From: Bacteroidota bacterium | GTDB lineage: Bacteria > Bacteroidota > Bacteroidia > Chitinophagales > LD1 | Direction: 5' to 3' | NCBI GenBank assembly: GCA_016715625.1 | Contig: JADJZU010000013.1 | Span: 28,397 to 92,396, forward strand | Length of the DNA stretch: 64,000 nt | Part shown: positions 29,349-39,714 of the stretch, in pieces | Numbering within the stretch: the first letter of the stretch is position 1 | Layout of the letters: each line of letters begins with the position of its first letter | The notes under the pieces: generated by a model | Databases searched by the model: none | What the model was told of the DNA's origin: nothing | Seen by the model: only the letters and a program-made list of their open reading frames with translations | Program-made: the position numbers and the translations under genes

Positions 29349-30596
29349 ATGAATGCCTCCTTAATTCTTTTTACATCAGAATTCCCGTATGGAAAGGGAG
29401 AAGCATATCTGGAAAGTGAGATAAAATATCTGGCTGCAGCTTTCTCTAAGATTGTAATTGTGTCAAATGCCGAGCAACGTTCAGATGGTAGAAGTTTACC
29501 AGGTAATGTGGAGGTTTTAACTCGCCCTTATGGTTTAAGCCCCCTCCAAAAATTAATGTCGCTTGGAATGGTTTTCAAGCGTGATTTTTGGAGGGAGCTC
29601 CATTTTGTAAGAAATCAATACAAGTTACCTATAAATACTACAGTTTTTAATACCATTTTGCAATCTATCTTTAAATCCTATCAATTAGAGCGCTTTCTAA
29701 ATGATAATCTCAATCCTGTTTTAGATACTTTAAATACGATTTGTTACAGCTATTGGGCGGATGACAACGCAGTTTCTTTGGCATTGATGAATAGCCGGGG
29801 CTACAGCTTTAAATCTATCTGCCGATCACACCGGTGGGATGTCTATTTCGAAAAGAATGGTTCAGGTTATCTGCCATTTAGAAAAGCACTTGCGGATAAT
29901 TTATCGGCTATCTACTTTATGGCTCAAAACGGCCTCGATTATTTCAAACTAAAAACGGGCCTGACTTCGGATAAAATGCAATTAGCCCGGCTTGGAACTT
30001 ACCCACTGGTAGGATGCGAACTTAGGGACAAGAATTTTGACTTTCATTTGTTATCATGTTCATTTGTTATTGACAGAAAGCGAGTTCATAAAATAGCGGA
30101 AGCGCTCCAGTTGATGCATACTGGTATACGTGTAAAGTGGACACACATTGGTAGTGGACCCGGCATAGATGACTTGCGACAACTTTGTCAAGACATTTGT
30201 AGCGTTAGTCCAAATATTCAGATAGAACTTGCCGGAACGATGCCCAACGCAGCGGTTCAGGATTTTTATAGAAATAAGTATGTGGACTTATTTGTAAATG
30301 TTTCAGAATCTGAGGGGGTTCCGGTGTCTATTATGGAGGCTATGTCGGCCGGAGTTCCATGTCTTGCAACCGATGTAGATGGTGTTTCGGAGATAGTGCG
30401 CGATGGAACAAATGGTTTTTTACTTCCCTTGTCAGATGATTCAACAGTGATAACTAGTGCCCTGATAAAATTTCATGAATTGACCCCAAATGAAAAAGTC
30501 ACTTTGCGCAAGGGTGCTTTTAAAACATGGGAGCAAGATTACAATGCCGATAAAAATTATGAGGCATTTGTTCGTTCAATAACCACCATTGCTTAA
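29349..30596 (+). CDS. Family 4 (GT-B) glycosyltransferase
   Basis: VSESEGVPVSIMEAMSAGVPCLATDVDGVSEIVRDGTNGFL is the classic E-x7-E region. The ATG at 29349 is preferred over the TTG at 29340. Confidence 0.75.
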   Translation: MNASLILFTSEFPYGKGEAYLESEIKYLAAAFSKIVIVSNAEQRSDGRSLPGNVEVLTRPYGLSPLQKLMSLGMVFKRDFWRELHFVRNQYKLPINTTVFNTILQSIFKSYQLERFLNDNLNPVLDTLNTICYSYWADDNAVSLALMNSRGYSFKSICRSHRWDVYFEKNGSGYLPFRKALADNLSAIYFMAQNGLDYFKLKTGLTSDKMQLARLGTYPLVGCELRDKNFDFHLLSCSFVIDRKRVHKIAEALQLMHTGIRVKWTHIGSGPGIDDLRQLCQDICSVSPNIQIELAGTMPNAAVQDFYRNKYVDLFVNVSESEGVPVSIMEAMSAGVPCLATDVDGVSEIVRDGTNGFLLPLSDDSTVITSALIKFHELTPNEKVTLRKGAFKTWEQDYNADKNYEAFVRSITTIA

Positions 30597-31720
30597 TTAT
30601 TGGTCCGGTAAATCGCGTCTAATTTTTTGATGTAATCATCGATGTTGAATTTTTGCGCAAACTGATTTGCGTATATAGACATAGATTCCAGTAACTTTTT
30701 GTTGTTCCATATCTTCATAATCTTTGCTGCAAATTCGTTGGCATCCTGATTATAAATCATGAATCCGTTTTTGCTAGCCTCAATCAAGTCTCTGTTTCCC
30801 TTTCCATCCAGTGTAACTACTGGCAAGCCTGCAGCCATTGCCTCAATTAAGGTCAATCCGAGTGCCTCTGATTTTGCACTATGTACGTAAATGTCCGCCT
30901 CCCATAAATAACTTTCAACATTTTCTACACTTCCATGGAAATGCATTTTATCTGCCAGCGCTAGTGATTCACAGTAAGATTGCACGCTACGCTTGTTTTT
31001 ACCATCGCCAAGAAAATGCATTTCAAAATGTACACAATTCTTATTTAACACCTCGGCCACATCAATCAAGAAACGTTGGTTTTTATTATCGTCAAAAGTA
31101 CCCGTGTTAATCAGCCTTAATTTGTGCGAAGGGCTGATCGATTTCTGAGTTTTGTTTTTAAAGCGATCGTATTGAATTGCATTAGGGAGGTAAACTGCGT
31201 TGAATCCTTTTGCATTTTTTGAAAAGTAATGAAGCGTGTTTTTAGAGATGGCTAGGAATGTTGTTCCTGAATTTTTATGGTATCGATTCAGTAAATATGT
31301 TTTCTCATAAAAATTGGTTAGTGAAGTCTTGTACATTAATGTTTTGAGATCAAAACTTTTAAACTGAACCATATTGTCATGGCAGTGTGAAAACCATTTG
31401 GCATTTGGGTAGTCACAACTTCTGCTTACAATTTCAGCTTCGAACAGGTGGGAATGAATAACGTCCGGTTTGAATTGCTCCAGAAAAACCTGGAGGTCTT
31501 GAATGTTATAAGTATTATTCTTCAAAACGGATAGTGAAACCGATGCAGGAATAGTAACGATGAGGTGTTTGATATCGTCAATTGAATATTCAATTTCATT
31601 TCTGAAGATGAGTAATCTTACATCGTAATCTTTTTGCTTAGCTAACGCTCGCACGATATCAATCACTAATCGCTCGGCACCACCTCGTCTTAGGGTTGGA
31701 ATAATGTGTAAGACTTTCAC
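30593..31720 (-). CDS. Family 4 (GT-B) glycosyltransferase
   Basis: MKVLHIIPTLRRGGAERLVIDIV and SAKSEALGLTLIEAMAAGLPVVTLDGKGNRDLI. Confidence 0.8.
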   Translation of the reverse strand: MKVLHIIPTLRRGGAERLVIDIVRALAKQKDYDVRLLIFRNEIEYSIDDIKHLIVTIPASVSLSVLKNNTYNIQDLQVFLEQFKPDVIHSHLFEAEIVSRSCDYPNAKWFSHCHDNMVQFKSFDLKTLMYKTSLTNFYEKTYLLNRYHKNSGTTFLAISKNTLHYFSKNAKGFNAVYLPNAIQYDRFKNKTQKSISPSHKLRLINTGTFDDNKNQRFLIDVAEVLNKNCVHFEMHFLGDGKNKRSVQSYCESLALADKMHFHGSVENVESYLWEADIYVHSAKSEALGLTLIEAMAAGLPVVTLDGKGNRDLIEASKNGFMIYNQDANEFAAKIMKIWNNKKLLESMSIYANQFAQKFNIDDYIKKLDAIYRTNN

Positions 31721-32628
31721 TTTTTATGCAGTGCAGATTTGATTTCACTCAAATAATCTACTGTTAACGGCATGAGGCAAGGGACGCCCATCGCTTCGCT
31801 CTCAAATGCAACCAAGCCCCACGACTCGCTGAATGACATATACAGATTTAAATCCATAGAGCCCAGAATTTCCAGGAATTTTTCACGCGGTAAGTGATTT
31901 CCATGTTCTATGATTCTTTTGCCAACCTGCAGGTAATCAAAATGTGATTTGTCCAAAACATGAACTATCGAATTTTCAATCAATAGCGCGTGAATCACTT
32001 GGTTGTGCAGGTTCTTGTTGAAGGTGTCTGCCCCAAACACACCAATATGTATTTTGCTGCGGTCAAGGTTTAATTTAGATATATTTTTCGGAATGGTTGG
32101 AGTGGGTAATGGGCAGTGGTAGCATTCAACTCCATAGACCGTTGTAAATATCTCTGCTAAACCTTTTTTAATAAAGCCAATCCGTTTAATTTTTTGTTCA
32201 CTGCAATATTGCATCATTTTTTTGATGAGCTGTTGTTTGGCGGGCTCATGAAACTCTGCAATCGTGCCGTGAAAAATTACTTCAATATCTGTATGCTGGT
32301 GTAAATAATCAATGTAGGAGAAGAAGTAATCTGCAAAACCACTTATAACAACTCGTTTAAAGTTCCCATTGGCAATAGTGTTTAGCAATGTTTTTGAATC
32401 AGCGTTGTTTAAACCCTGTTGCGAATAGACTTGAGGTATAGCAAGACTACAAACTGGGAATAAACTTTTGGTGGCGTTTGCAATTCCCAGCCAATGCTCT
32501 TTGGTCGGGGTGCCATATAGAACTATGCTTTGTTCTGTTTCTTTAATCCGTATTACTTCAGCAATGCAATTTTGGAGCTGGTTCCCCGTTCCTTTCGCCC
32601 CCAAAATCCCTTTAAGTCGGTTCCACAT
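31717..32628 (-). CDS. GT-B-like protein of uncertain specificity
   Basis: Only the C-terminal MSFSESWGLVAFESEAMGVPCL resembles the GT1/GT4 nucleotide-sugar binding motif. The N-terminal half was not recognised. Confidence 0.4.
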   Translation of the reverse strand: MWNRLKGILGAKGTGNQLQNCIAEVIRIKETEQSIVLYGTPTKEHWLGIANATKSLFPVCSLAIPQVYSQQGLNNADSKTLLNTIANGNFKRVVISGFADYFFSYIDYLHQHTDIEVIFHGTIAEFHEPAKQQLIKKMMQYCSEQKIKRIGFIKKGLAEIFTTVYGVECYHCPLPTPTIPKNISKLNLDRSKIHIGVFGADTFNKNLHNQVIHALLIENSIVHVLDKSHFDYLQVGKRIIEHGNHLPREKFLEILGSMDLNLYMSFSESWGLVAFESEAMGVPCLMPLTVDYLSEIKSALHKK

Positions 32629-33608
32629 ACTGTAAAAAAGTTTTGCTGGATGATGGATTTCGTTTGAATGTGTAAGGTATACTAAAGTAATAGTTTCTAA
32701 AGATTTTGTATTGCTTCAATTTGTCTTGATGGTTTGCATGATGGCCTGCCCGCTTCAATAAAAAGGATATGATTAAAAAATTAATGGACATTAGTGCCCC
32801 ATGGATATAGTAGCAAAGCAAATTCATTGTTTTGTAGTAGAAAAGGAAAGATGAAATCAGAATCTGGTTTTCTTTATTTCCTGACTTTTTTGTTGTGGCA
32901 GAGTTTTCATGATAAATTGTGACAGAGGAAAAAAAGTAGTTTGAATAGCCCAACTTTTTCGTTCTATAACTCCACTCTACATCCTCGTAGTAAAGAAAAA
33001 AGTCCTCATCAAAATATAGACCGTGTTTTTCTATTTTGTTTTTTGAAATCATGGCACATGCACCGCTCACAAAATCTACAGGATGGTCGCTTCCATGCAT
33101 TTTGTGTGCATCGTATTTTCTATCAAGACTGATTTTCAGCATTCGCGCCAATCTGATTATTACCGGATTGGCAAACAGAGTTCTTTTAAACGATGGAAAC
33201 TCAATGCCACTGCCAATCAGTAGTGAGGCATCTTCTGATGATATAATTCTACAACCACTGATGCCTAAATTGCAGGTCTCATCCATTTCCTTATAACAGG
33301 ATACATACTTTTGCAGAAAACCAGGGCATTTCAGTGTCAGGATTTAAAATGAGAATTAATCTACCGGTTGACGCTCTAATTCCTGTATTGTTCGCTCTGG
33401 CAAAGCCTGCATTATAACCACTACTCATCCAATTTACTTTGGGAAAATCAGTTTTAACTGCAACTTCTGAATGATCTGTAGAGCTATTGTCGACAATAAT
33501 TATTTCATAGCTAAAATCTGTTACTTGCCGATGAATAGATTGTAGGCATTTTAAGAGATGTTCGGCACAATTGTAACTTACTATTACAATGGATAACTCA
33601 TGCGGCAT
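32612..33608 (-). pseudogene. Family 2 glycosyltransferase with one frame break
   Basis: ORF 33291-33608 (LSIVIVSYNCAEHLLKCLQSIHRQ...IIIVDNSSTDHS...LILNPDTEMP) continues as GFLQKYVSCYKEMDETCNLGISGCRII...YYEDVEWSYR in ORF 32612-33286. This requires removing one C from the CCC run (plus-strand GGG at 33325-33327). Confidence 0.75.
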
Positions 33609-34653
33609 TAATCGGTGAAGGTGTTTTACTGAACCCGTTGTAAGAATAATGGTTTATTCCCGTTAAAATGTAATCTAACTTTTCTTTCGTAGTTGTATTT
33701 CCAAGAGGCATCCGAGGCAAATTCATCATCGCACTATTACTTTGATAGAAAATGTTTCCCGGATAATTTATGGTAGCAGTTTTAAATCCAACCTCTTTAA
33801 CAATCTCGTATTCCCTCAGACCTGCTTCAGCAAAACTGCCGTAGGGGTAGGCAAAATGCTCTACCTTTTTCGACAACTTTTCTTCCAACTCTACTTTTGA
33901 ATGTTCTATTTCATAGCGCAAAACACTCATGTTTTGTGCTGCAAGCGCAATGTGATTCATTGTGTGTGCACCTATGGTGACTAAAGGATCTTTAGAAAGT
34001 TCCAGCAATTCTGTCCACGACAGGGCATTTTTACTGCAATCTTTTTCTATATCAGAATCGTTCAGTTTTAGCTCTGTTTTACAGAAATGGATATACTCCA
34101 TGTGAGTCATAGAAAGGATTTCTTTTCTGATAAGGTGAAATTTTTCTTTCGCATCATCAAAATCTATCCAACTTATCACATCACACTTTTCCTGTTTTGA
34201 TACCTTAATAAAACTTTCCCTGGCCATGTATTTTTCTAACCAATACCACCATAACACCCCGGTTCTGTTCGGAAAACAGTTGGTAACATAAACAGTGAAG
34301 GGTATTTGCCTCTTTTTTAAAAGTGGGTACGCATAGATTAGGTTGTCAAGATAACCATCATCCAGCGTAAGGCAGATGAATTTTTCATTTACTTTTTTCT
34401 TGTTCACTAAAATTTGGTGCAACTCATCAAGCGATATAAACCGATATCCTTTTTCAGAAAGGTAATCGAGGCAAGACTCAAGATGATCAGGCGTAATAGC
34501 TAGATCCTTATTGATGGTGCAGAAATTTCTCAGCGATTCCGGAAGTACCCTGTGCAACATAAATATGTGACCCAAACCTGATAAGAGTGGGGCTGATAGC
34601 ATGCCTTTGGTTTTTACAAATAGCCCCAATATCTTCTGTTCTATATAATTCAT
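33598..34653 (-). CDS. Polysaccharide deacetylase (NodB-homology) family protein
   Basis: ICLTLDDGYLDNLIYAYPLLKKRQIPFTVYV and GAHTMNH, FAYPYGS motifs. Confidence 0.75.
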   Translation of the reverse strand: MNYIEQKILGLFVKTKGMLSAPLLSGLGHIFMLHRVLPESLRNFCTINKDLAITPDHLESCLDYLSEKGYRFISLDELHQILVNKKKVNEKFICLTLDDGYLDNLIYAYPLLKKRQIPFTVYVTNCFPNRTGVLWWYWLEKYMARESFIKVSKQEKCDVISWIDFDDAKEKFHLIRKEILSMTHMEYIHFCKTELKLNDSDIEKDCSKNALSWTELLELSKDPLVTIGAHTMNHIALAAQNMSVLRYEIEHSKVELEEKLSKKVEHFAYPYGSFAEAGLREYEIVKEVGFKTATINYPGNIFYQSNSAMMNLPRMPLGNTTTKEKLDYILTGINHYSYNGFSKTPSPINAA

Positions 34654-34655
34654 GG

Positions 34656-35591
34656 CTAAAAGGTATCGAAATCTGCTAATGTAAATTGCATTTGCTCCAG
34701 TGGTACCTTATGGCTAAAGTTAACGCCACCAGCCGGATATTTCACTTCCATTTTATGTCCAAACTGCGAAAACATCTTACTGGCCCAGGCATTTGTGCTG
34801 CCATGAAATCGGATGTGCGGTAATCCAGTTAGGAACGCTATCCACTTAAGTCGGTTGAGTACTGCCTTAAACTCTTTTTCGGAACAGTGTTCCACGTCAC
34901 CTACATACAAAAATGTATCATCATGCTTAATCCAAACATTCAGTCCGGCAATATTGACAACGAAGTTTTCCTCATACTTTTTGTATGCAAAAAAATCAAC
35001 GGAATGATCAACTACAGGGGTGCTGTCATTCAAGCATGAACTCTGAAACGGGGTGCCTTTTTTGCAAAGAGAGATGATGAATTTGAACCAACTATCTTGT
35101 ATTTGTTGTTGTAGTTTAAATGTGTTTTTGAGTCTAATCCACGGTATGCATCTCACCCTTAACACATATGCGTGTATGTCATCGAAATGGATCCATCCCA
35201 ATTTCTTAGTAAAGCCCGGGTATGAATTTTTGTTAGGGAAGCCAAAAACGAAATGCATGCCTATCGATTTGCAATAGTTATAGGTTTCAGTAGCTAAAGC
35301 CGTGAATAAACCCTTGCCGGTGTGCTGGCTGTGAGTCATCGTGTCACCGGATTGTGCCGCCAGATATTGGTTGCCTTTGTAAGTTACCATGCAGGGAAAA
35401 ACACCATAAAAACCAGCTGCCTTCCCTTCTTCGGAATAGGCTATGTAGCCAACATAGCTGGGGCCAAACATGGAGGTGTCCTGTTTGCTGTTTAGAAAAC
35501 TTTGACTTACCGACTTACCAAAAGCATCTGTATAAATATCAACTAAGTCATTGATATTGTTTTGCGAAAGTCTTTCATATCGATAGCTCAT
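34656..35591 (-). CDS. GNAT-family N-acetyltransferase
   Basis: A motif-A-like segment QSGDTMTHSQHTGKGLFTALA. 311 aa with a two-lobed architecture. Confidence 0.55.
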   Translation of the reverse strand: MSYRYERLSQNNINDLVDIYTDAFGKSVSQSFLNSKQDTSMFGPSYVGYIAYSEEGKAAGFYGVFPCMVTYKGNQYLAAQSGDTMTHSQHTGKGLFTALATETYNYCKSIGMHFVFGFPNKNSYPGFTKKLGWIHFDDIHAYVLRVRCIPWIRLKNTFKLQQQIQDSWFKFIISLCKKGTPFQSSCLNDSTPVVDHSVDFFAYKKYEENFVVNIAGLNVWIKHDDTFLYVGDVEHCSEKEFKAVLNRLKWIAFLTGLPHIRFHGSTNAWASKMFSQFGHKMEVKYPAGGVNFSHKVPLEQMQFTLADFDTF

Positions 35592-36632
35592 TTAGACGAA
35601 CATTTTTTTGTATGCTAATGCGGGTTTTTCAATCAGTTTCCAGGAGCAAAAGGCAAGTGGAATCACACTGAAAACAGTTAGTAGCATGAGAAAGTATGGA
35701 TTCATATCACTTCCGAGAAAGTGTATCAATGATTGTTGCACAGGAAATGCATAAATGTAAATACCATAACTAAGGTCATTTTTTAATGAAAAGGTATTTT
35801 CTAGAAAGCTAAGGTAGAACACTATATACGGTATTACTATATAATTCAATATTCTGTTTTGATCTATATAGATAGCTGCTCCGTATAACATTAAAAGTGT
35901 AATTGCAAAAGCTGCTTTGTATTCTATTTTATCGCTGAAAAGATAAAATACCATACCGCTAATGAAAAACAGACTCCACTCTAGGCAGTACATCATATTC
36001 AAGCCCAATAGCAAGGGTGTTGAATAATTGTAGATAAAAACATTTTGCCCCAAGTATACCCTTACGACAAATAGAAAACACCAAATTGCCAATATGATGT
36101 TGCGCTTGTGTAGTATCCCTGCGAGTAATGCTACAAGAACACCCATATACATGCTAAACTCATACGCTAATGTCCATAAAGAACCATTCACCGCATGTTT
36201 CAAGGGATTCAGCTCAAAGACCCCGGGTAGTCCCGGTGATAGCCGGTAGAGGCTTATGCTTCCGAGGAAAGCGTACAATCCGCGATTCGAGAAATAGCCC
36301 TTTACATCCAGGGTAGTGACAAGCGGCCCCAATAGCAAAGCACAAATCAGCAGGACCACTGCCAGGCCCGGAAAAATTCTCAGAAACCGTCTCCATAAAT
36401 ATCCCACTACACTTTTTGAGTGCATCGCACTTTGAGTAATCAGATAACCGCTTATAGTAAAAAAGACTGCAACTCCCAAGTGACTATACTGTAAAGCGCC
36501 TTTGGTAACATTGGAAAGGCCATCGCTGTCACCTAGCCCGAGAAGTGCAAAGGAATGTGTAATGATTACCATAAGGGCTGCAATCAGTCGTATACTATCA
36601 AAGTTGTTTTGCCCACGCTCTCTGGTTGTCAT
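35592..36632 (-). CDS. Acyltransferase family 3 (integral-membrane O-acyltransferase)
   Basis: NNFDSIRLIAALMVIITHSF is the family hallmark. About 10 hydrophobic segments. Confidence 0.8.
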   Translation of the reverse strand: MTTRERGQNNFDSIRLIAALMVIITHSFALLGLGDSDGLSNVTKGALQYSHLGVAVFFTISGYLITQSAMHSKSVVGYLWRRFLRIFPGLAVVLLICALLLGPLVTTLDVKGYFSNRGLYAFLGSISLYRLSPGLPGVFELNPLKHAVNGSLWTLAYEFSMYMGVLVALLAGILHKRNIILAIWCFLFVVRVYLGQNVFIYNYSTPLLLGLNMMYCLEWSLFFISGMVFYLFSDKIEYKAAFAITLLMLYGAAIYIDQNRILNYIVIPYIVFYLSFLENTFSLKNDLSYGIYIYAFPVQQSLIHFLGSDMNPYFLMLLTVFSVIPLAFCSWKLIEKPALAYKKMFV

Positions 36633-37435
36633 CGGCTGATAGTTTGTTTGAGGATGCGATAAGGCTTCAACAACAGATTTCCGATTTTGTAGTCTGGTGT
36701 TTCTGAAAGCATTTTTTTCTCATAGAACAGATTCTCATACTCTTTAGCCAGCAAGTCTGCATGTTTAGTGTATACGTAATGCTTGATTTTATCAATGTTT
36801 TTGTTGGCTACTTGAAAAGTTCGTGAGTCCAAACTTACACGCATTTCAAAAAGCACTTCGTTAATATATTTTATCTCCCACCCGGCTTTATACACGTTTA
36901 TCCAAAACTCCCAATCTTCAAGTCCGAGTTTACTCAAAAATGGATCGTATACAAGACCGTCATCAAAAACTTGTTTTCTCACTAAAGCACATGTGTCCAC
37001 CTGATTATAAATAAGCATCTTTTGAATGTCAAAGGGCTGGTTTTTTTTAAATCCTGTTTGCTTTCCTAAATAGGAATAATCTCCATACACAGCGGCTATA
37101 CTAGACGATTCAGTCATTTTATCGAGGCATATAGAAATAGTATCGGCACATATTTTATTGTCAGCATCTAAAGGGAAAAAGTATTTGGAGGTCACTCGGC
37201 TTAAGGCATTATTTCGTGCTATACTTGGTCCTTGATTCATCTGATCAAGAACAGTAATAGTGCTGTCTTTACGCAGCTTGTCTAGAACTTTCAAAGACAA
37301 CTCATCTGTGGAGCCGTCATTGATAATCCAGATATCGAAGTTGTCATAAGATTGCTTGAAAATTGAATCTACCGTTTCTTGAACAGTATTACCTGAGTTA
37401 TAGTATGGGATAATAAATGATACACGGTCAGCCAT
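36629..37435 (-). CDS. Family 2 glycosyltransferase
   Basis: VSFIIPYYNSGNTVQETVDSIFKQSYDNFDIWIINDGSTD and PLDADN. Confidence 0.8.
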   Translation of the reverse strand: MADRVSFIIPYYNSGNTVQETVDSIFKQSYDNFDIWIINDGSTDELSLKVLDKLRKDSTITVLDQMNQGPSIARNNALSRVTSKYFFPLDADNKICADTISICLDKMTESSSIAAVYGDYSYLGKQTGFKKNQPFDIQKMLIYNQVDTCALVRKQVFDDGLVYDPFLSKLGLEDWEFWINVYKAGWEIKYINEVLFEMRVSLDSRTFQVANKNIDKIKHYVYTKHADLLAKEYENLFYEKKMLSETPDYKIGNLLLKPYRILKQTISR

Positions 37436-37439
37436 CAGA

Positions 37440-38564
37440 CTATGATTGAATTAAATTATGGAACTCCTGATAATTATTTGACACGCTGTATATATTTTGC
37501 ACCTTGGTAAAGTTCTGTTGTTTTATCAAAGACAAGGAATCCTTTTCTCCGGTTATTTTTAGCATACAAGATGCGCAATCCTGGATATTTTTAGGCTCAA
37601 ATAAATACGGGTAATCGCTGCCCAAAAGTTCCTGAATTGGAGGTATGGAGGTTGCAATGACAGGAATGTAGTATCCCATGTACTCAATAATACTGTTAGG
37701 ACTTCCTTCGCTGATACTGGAAAGCAAACCAAAATCAGTAACTGACAGCAATCCAGATATGTCATCAGTAGGCCCCAAAAATATAACTTGATCCTGTAGC
37801 CGTAGGTCTAACACAAGAGACTTAAGGTAGTGTGCTCTTGGACTTTTAAGAGGGCCACCGGCAAAAACAATTTTTATGTGGCGATGAACATCTCCTAATT
37901 GCGCAATTGCTTTAATTACCGTCTCATGATCTTTTTCGGGGAAAAAGTTAGCCGCCATCATAAAAATCAAATCATCTTTTGATTTAGATAGTTTGTTCCT
38001 CCAATAATCGGGTGAGTTTTTTGCTGGTATTGTTTCAAACGGATTGGGAATTACTCCTACGTTTTTTTTATCAATACTATGCCTGTTTGCGATAAACGCT
38101 GCTGCGGCATGAGAGTTGGCAGCATAAACAGGTCTTAAAAAGCGTGCTACTTTTTCAAAAAATGAATACGGCACATGGTGCTCCATGGCAATTTGAAACC
38201 AGATACATTTTTTAACGCCTGCCAACTTGTAAGTAGAAGCAGCTATCACATTGCAGTGGTAGGTGTATGGTATGATTACATCAAACTTGCCGGCTACCAG
38301 ATGTCTAAAAAACTTCAGATAAGCTTTTAGTCTGCTCATTCGTCCGTGAAAGGCACTAAATGGGATGTCCAATACTTTGTAAATAAGTCCGGCCCCTTCA
38401 AGATTCGGAATCAGGTTGCCCGAATTTTTCACCAAGGCCCATACTTCCACATCGTAATTTCCGGATTCCTGCATAGACCTGGCTATATAAAAACCTTGCT
38501 TTTCTGCACCGCCAAGGTCCAGACAGGGAAGTAATATCAGCACTTTTTTCTTCTTATCTGGCAT
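37440..38564 (-). CDS. Family 4 (GT-B) glycosyltransferase
   Basis: From the internal ATG: MPDKKKKVLILLPCLDLGGAEKQGFYIA. The C-terminal part is SSISEGSPNSIIEYMGYYIPVIAT. Confidence 0.7.
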   Translation of the reverse strand: MPDKKKKVLILLPCLDLGGAEKQGFYIARSMQESGNYDVEVWALVKNSGNLIPNLEGAGLIYKVLDIPFSAFHGRMSRLKAYLKFFRHLVAGKFDVIIPYTYHCNVIAASTYKLAGVKKCIWFQIAMEHHVPYSFFEKVARFLRPVYAANSHAAAAFIANRHSIDKKNVGVIPNPFETIPAKNSPDYWRNKLSKSKDDLIFMMAANFFPEKDHETVIKAIAQLGDVHRHIKIVFAGGPLKSPRAHYLKSLVLDLRLQDQVIFLGPTDDISGLLSVTDFGLLSSISEGSPNSIIEYMGYYIPVIATSIPPIQELLGSDYPYLFEPKNIQDCASCMLKITGEKDSLSLIKQQNFTKVQNIYSVSNNYQEFHNLIQS

Positions 38565-39714
38565 GTGTGATACTGGCGGTTTGAATCCATAAGTTCTCAA
38601 TTATCCTTACATTTTTCCGGATATCTCGCTTGGCATAAAGATCCTCGTATTGTAATTCGGAAAGACTTTTTGCTTCTGAAATGTCCGTTAAAACAGCATA
38701 GCTCTTATCCACAAATTGAATCAGATGATTATACATCGGATAAATCGTTTGCTCTTTGGAAAATGCTGAGTTGCTAAAATCCCAAAATATTTGAGGAATA
38801 CCGATACTGGTAATATCAAAACCGGCAAAACCTCCGGGCTCGCCATAGTAGCCATGAAACCATACCAAGTCAAGGTTTTCTGCCTGTGCCGTTTCTAAAA
38901 TGTCTTCTTGATGGCCTCTAAAAAATACACTTTCTGTAAGACCCAATTGCCTGACATAACGCATCATACCTTCTTTCTCCGGGTTGCCGGACCCGAAAAT
39001 ATGTAACTCCAAATTAGGGATACGGTCCAGGAGCAGTTGAAACGCATATAAAAATGGGTCTAAAGGTTTGTGAACAGATAGCCTCGTAAAAATGCCAATT
39101 TTGCCGGAAGCATCACTTCGAGAAAGCCACGGATTTTTGTCTTCCTTCAGATTGATTGATAAAGGAAGGTAGGTGTGGCGGTAGTTGCTGAAAGCAGAAA
39201 GTTCTTCTTGAATACGAGCATCATCAAAGCCGGAACAGAAATTATAAGCTTTTTCTTTTTTGTATGCCGCATACAAATCTCTCTTTTGGTGAATAGAGTT
39301 CATGATATGTATGATGCTTTTCTGCTCGTTATTCTCATTCAGATATTTTGCAAAAGATGGGTAGGCGTATTCTCCCAGAAAAGATATTGCCTGAAATTGC
39401 TGCAAAAATTTTTCGACTTGCGCTTTTTCGTCTGTAAGTGGAGTTTTAAGTATGCGGAATTTTATGCGGTCTGTAATCTGCGCTTTGGGTGTAAATTTTA
39501 CTTCATCCAGAAAATGAATGGGAGTGCCTAGTGCTTTGTGCTTTTCATAATAGTAATCTTTCCATTGTTTGCTGTGGTTTAAAGGTAATAGGCTGAGAAT
39601 GTGTATCTCAAATCTGGATTTATCAATCGCTTTATCTAATTCGTAAGTAAACCGCTCGGTGCCTGCTTGGTAAAAGTCAGTGACAATGAAGAGAATCTTT
39701 ATTTTTTCAGCCAT
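38554..39714 (-). CDS. Putative GT-B fold glycosyltransferase
   Basis: MAEKIKILFIVTDFYQAGTERFTYEL is a GT4-like N-terminus. The start was chosen so that the overlap with the upstream gene is only 8 nt. Confidence 0.5.
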   Translation of the reverse strand: MAEKIKILFIVTDFYQAGTERFTYELDKAIDKSRFEIHILSLLPLNHSKQWKDYYYEKHKALGTPIHFLDEVKFTPKAQITDRIKFRILKTPLTDEKAQVEKFLQQFQAISFLGEYAYPSFAKYLNENNEQKSIIHIMNSIHQKRDLYAAYKKEKAYNFCSGFDDARIQEELSAFSNYRHTYLPLSINLKEDKNPWLSRSDASGKIGIFTRLSVHKPLDPFLYAFQLLLDRIPNLELHIFGSGNPEKEGMMRYVRQLGLTESVFFRGHQEDILETAQAENLDLVWFHGYYGEPGGFAGFDITSIGIPQIFWDFSNSAFSKEQTIYPMYNHLIQFVDKSYAVLTDISEAKSLSELQYEDLYAKRDIRKNVRIIENLWIQTASITHAR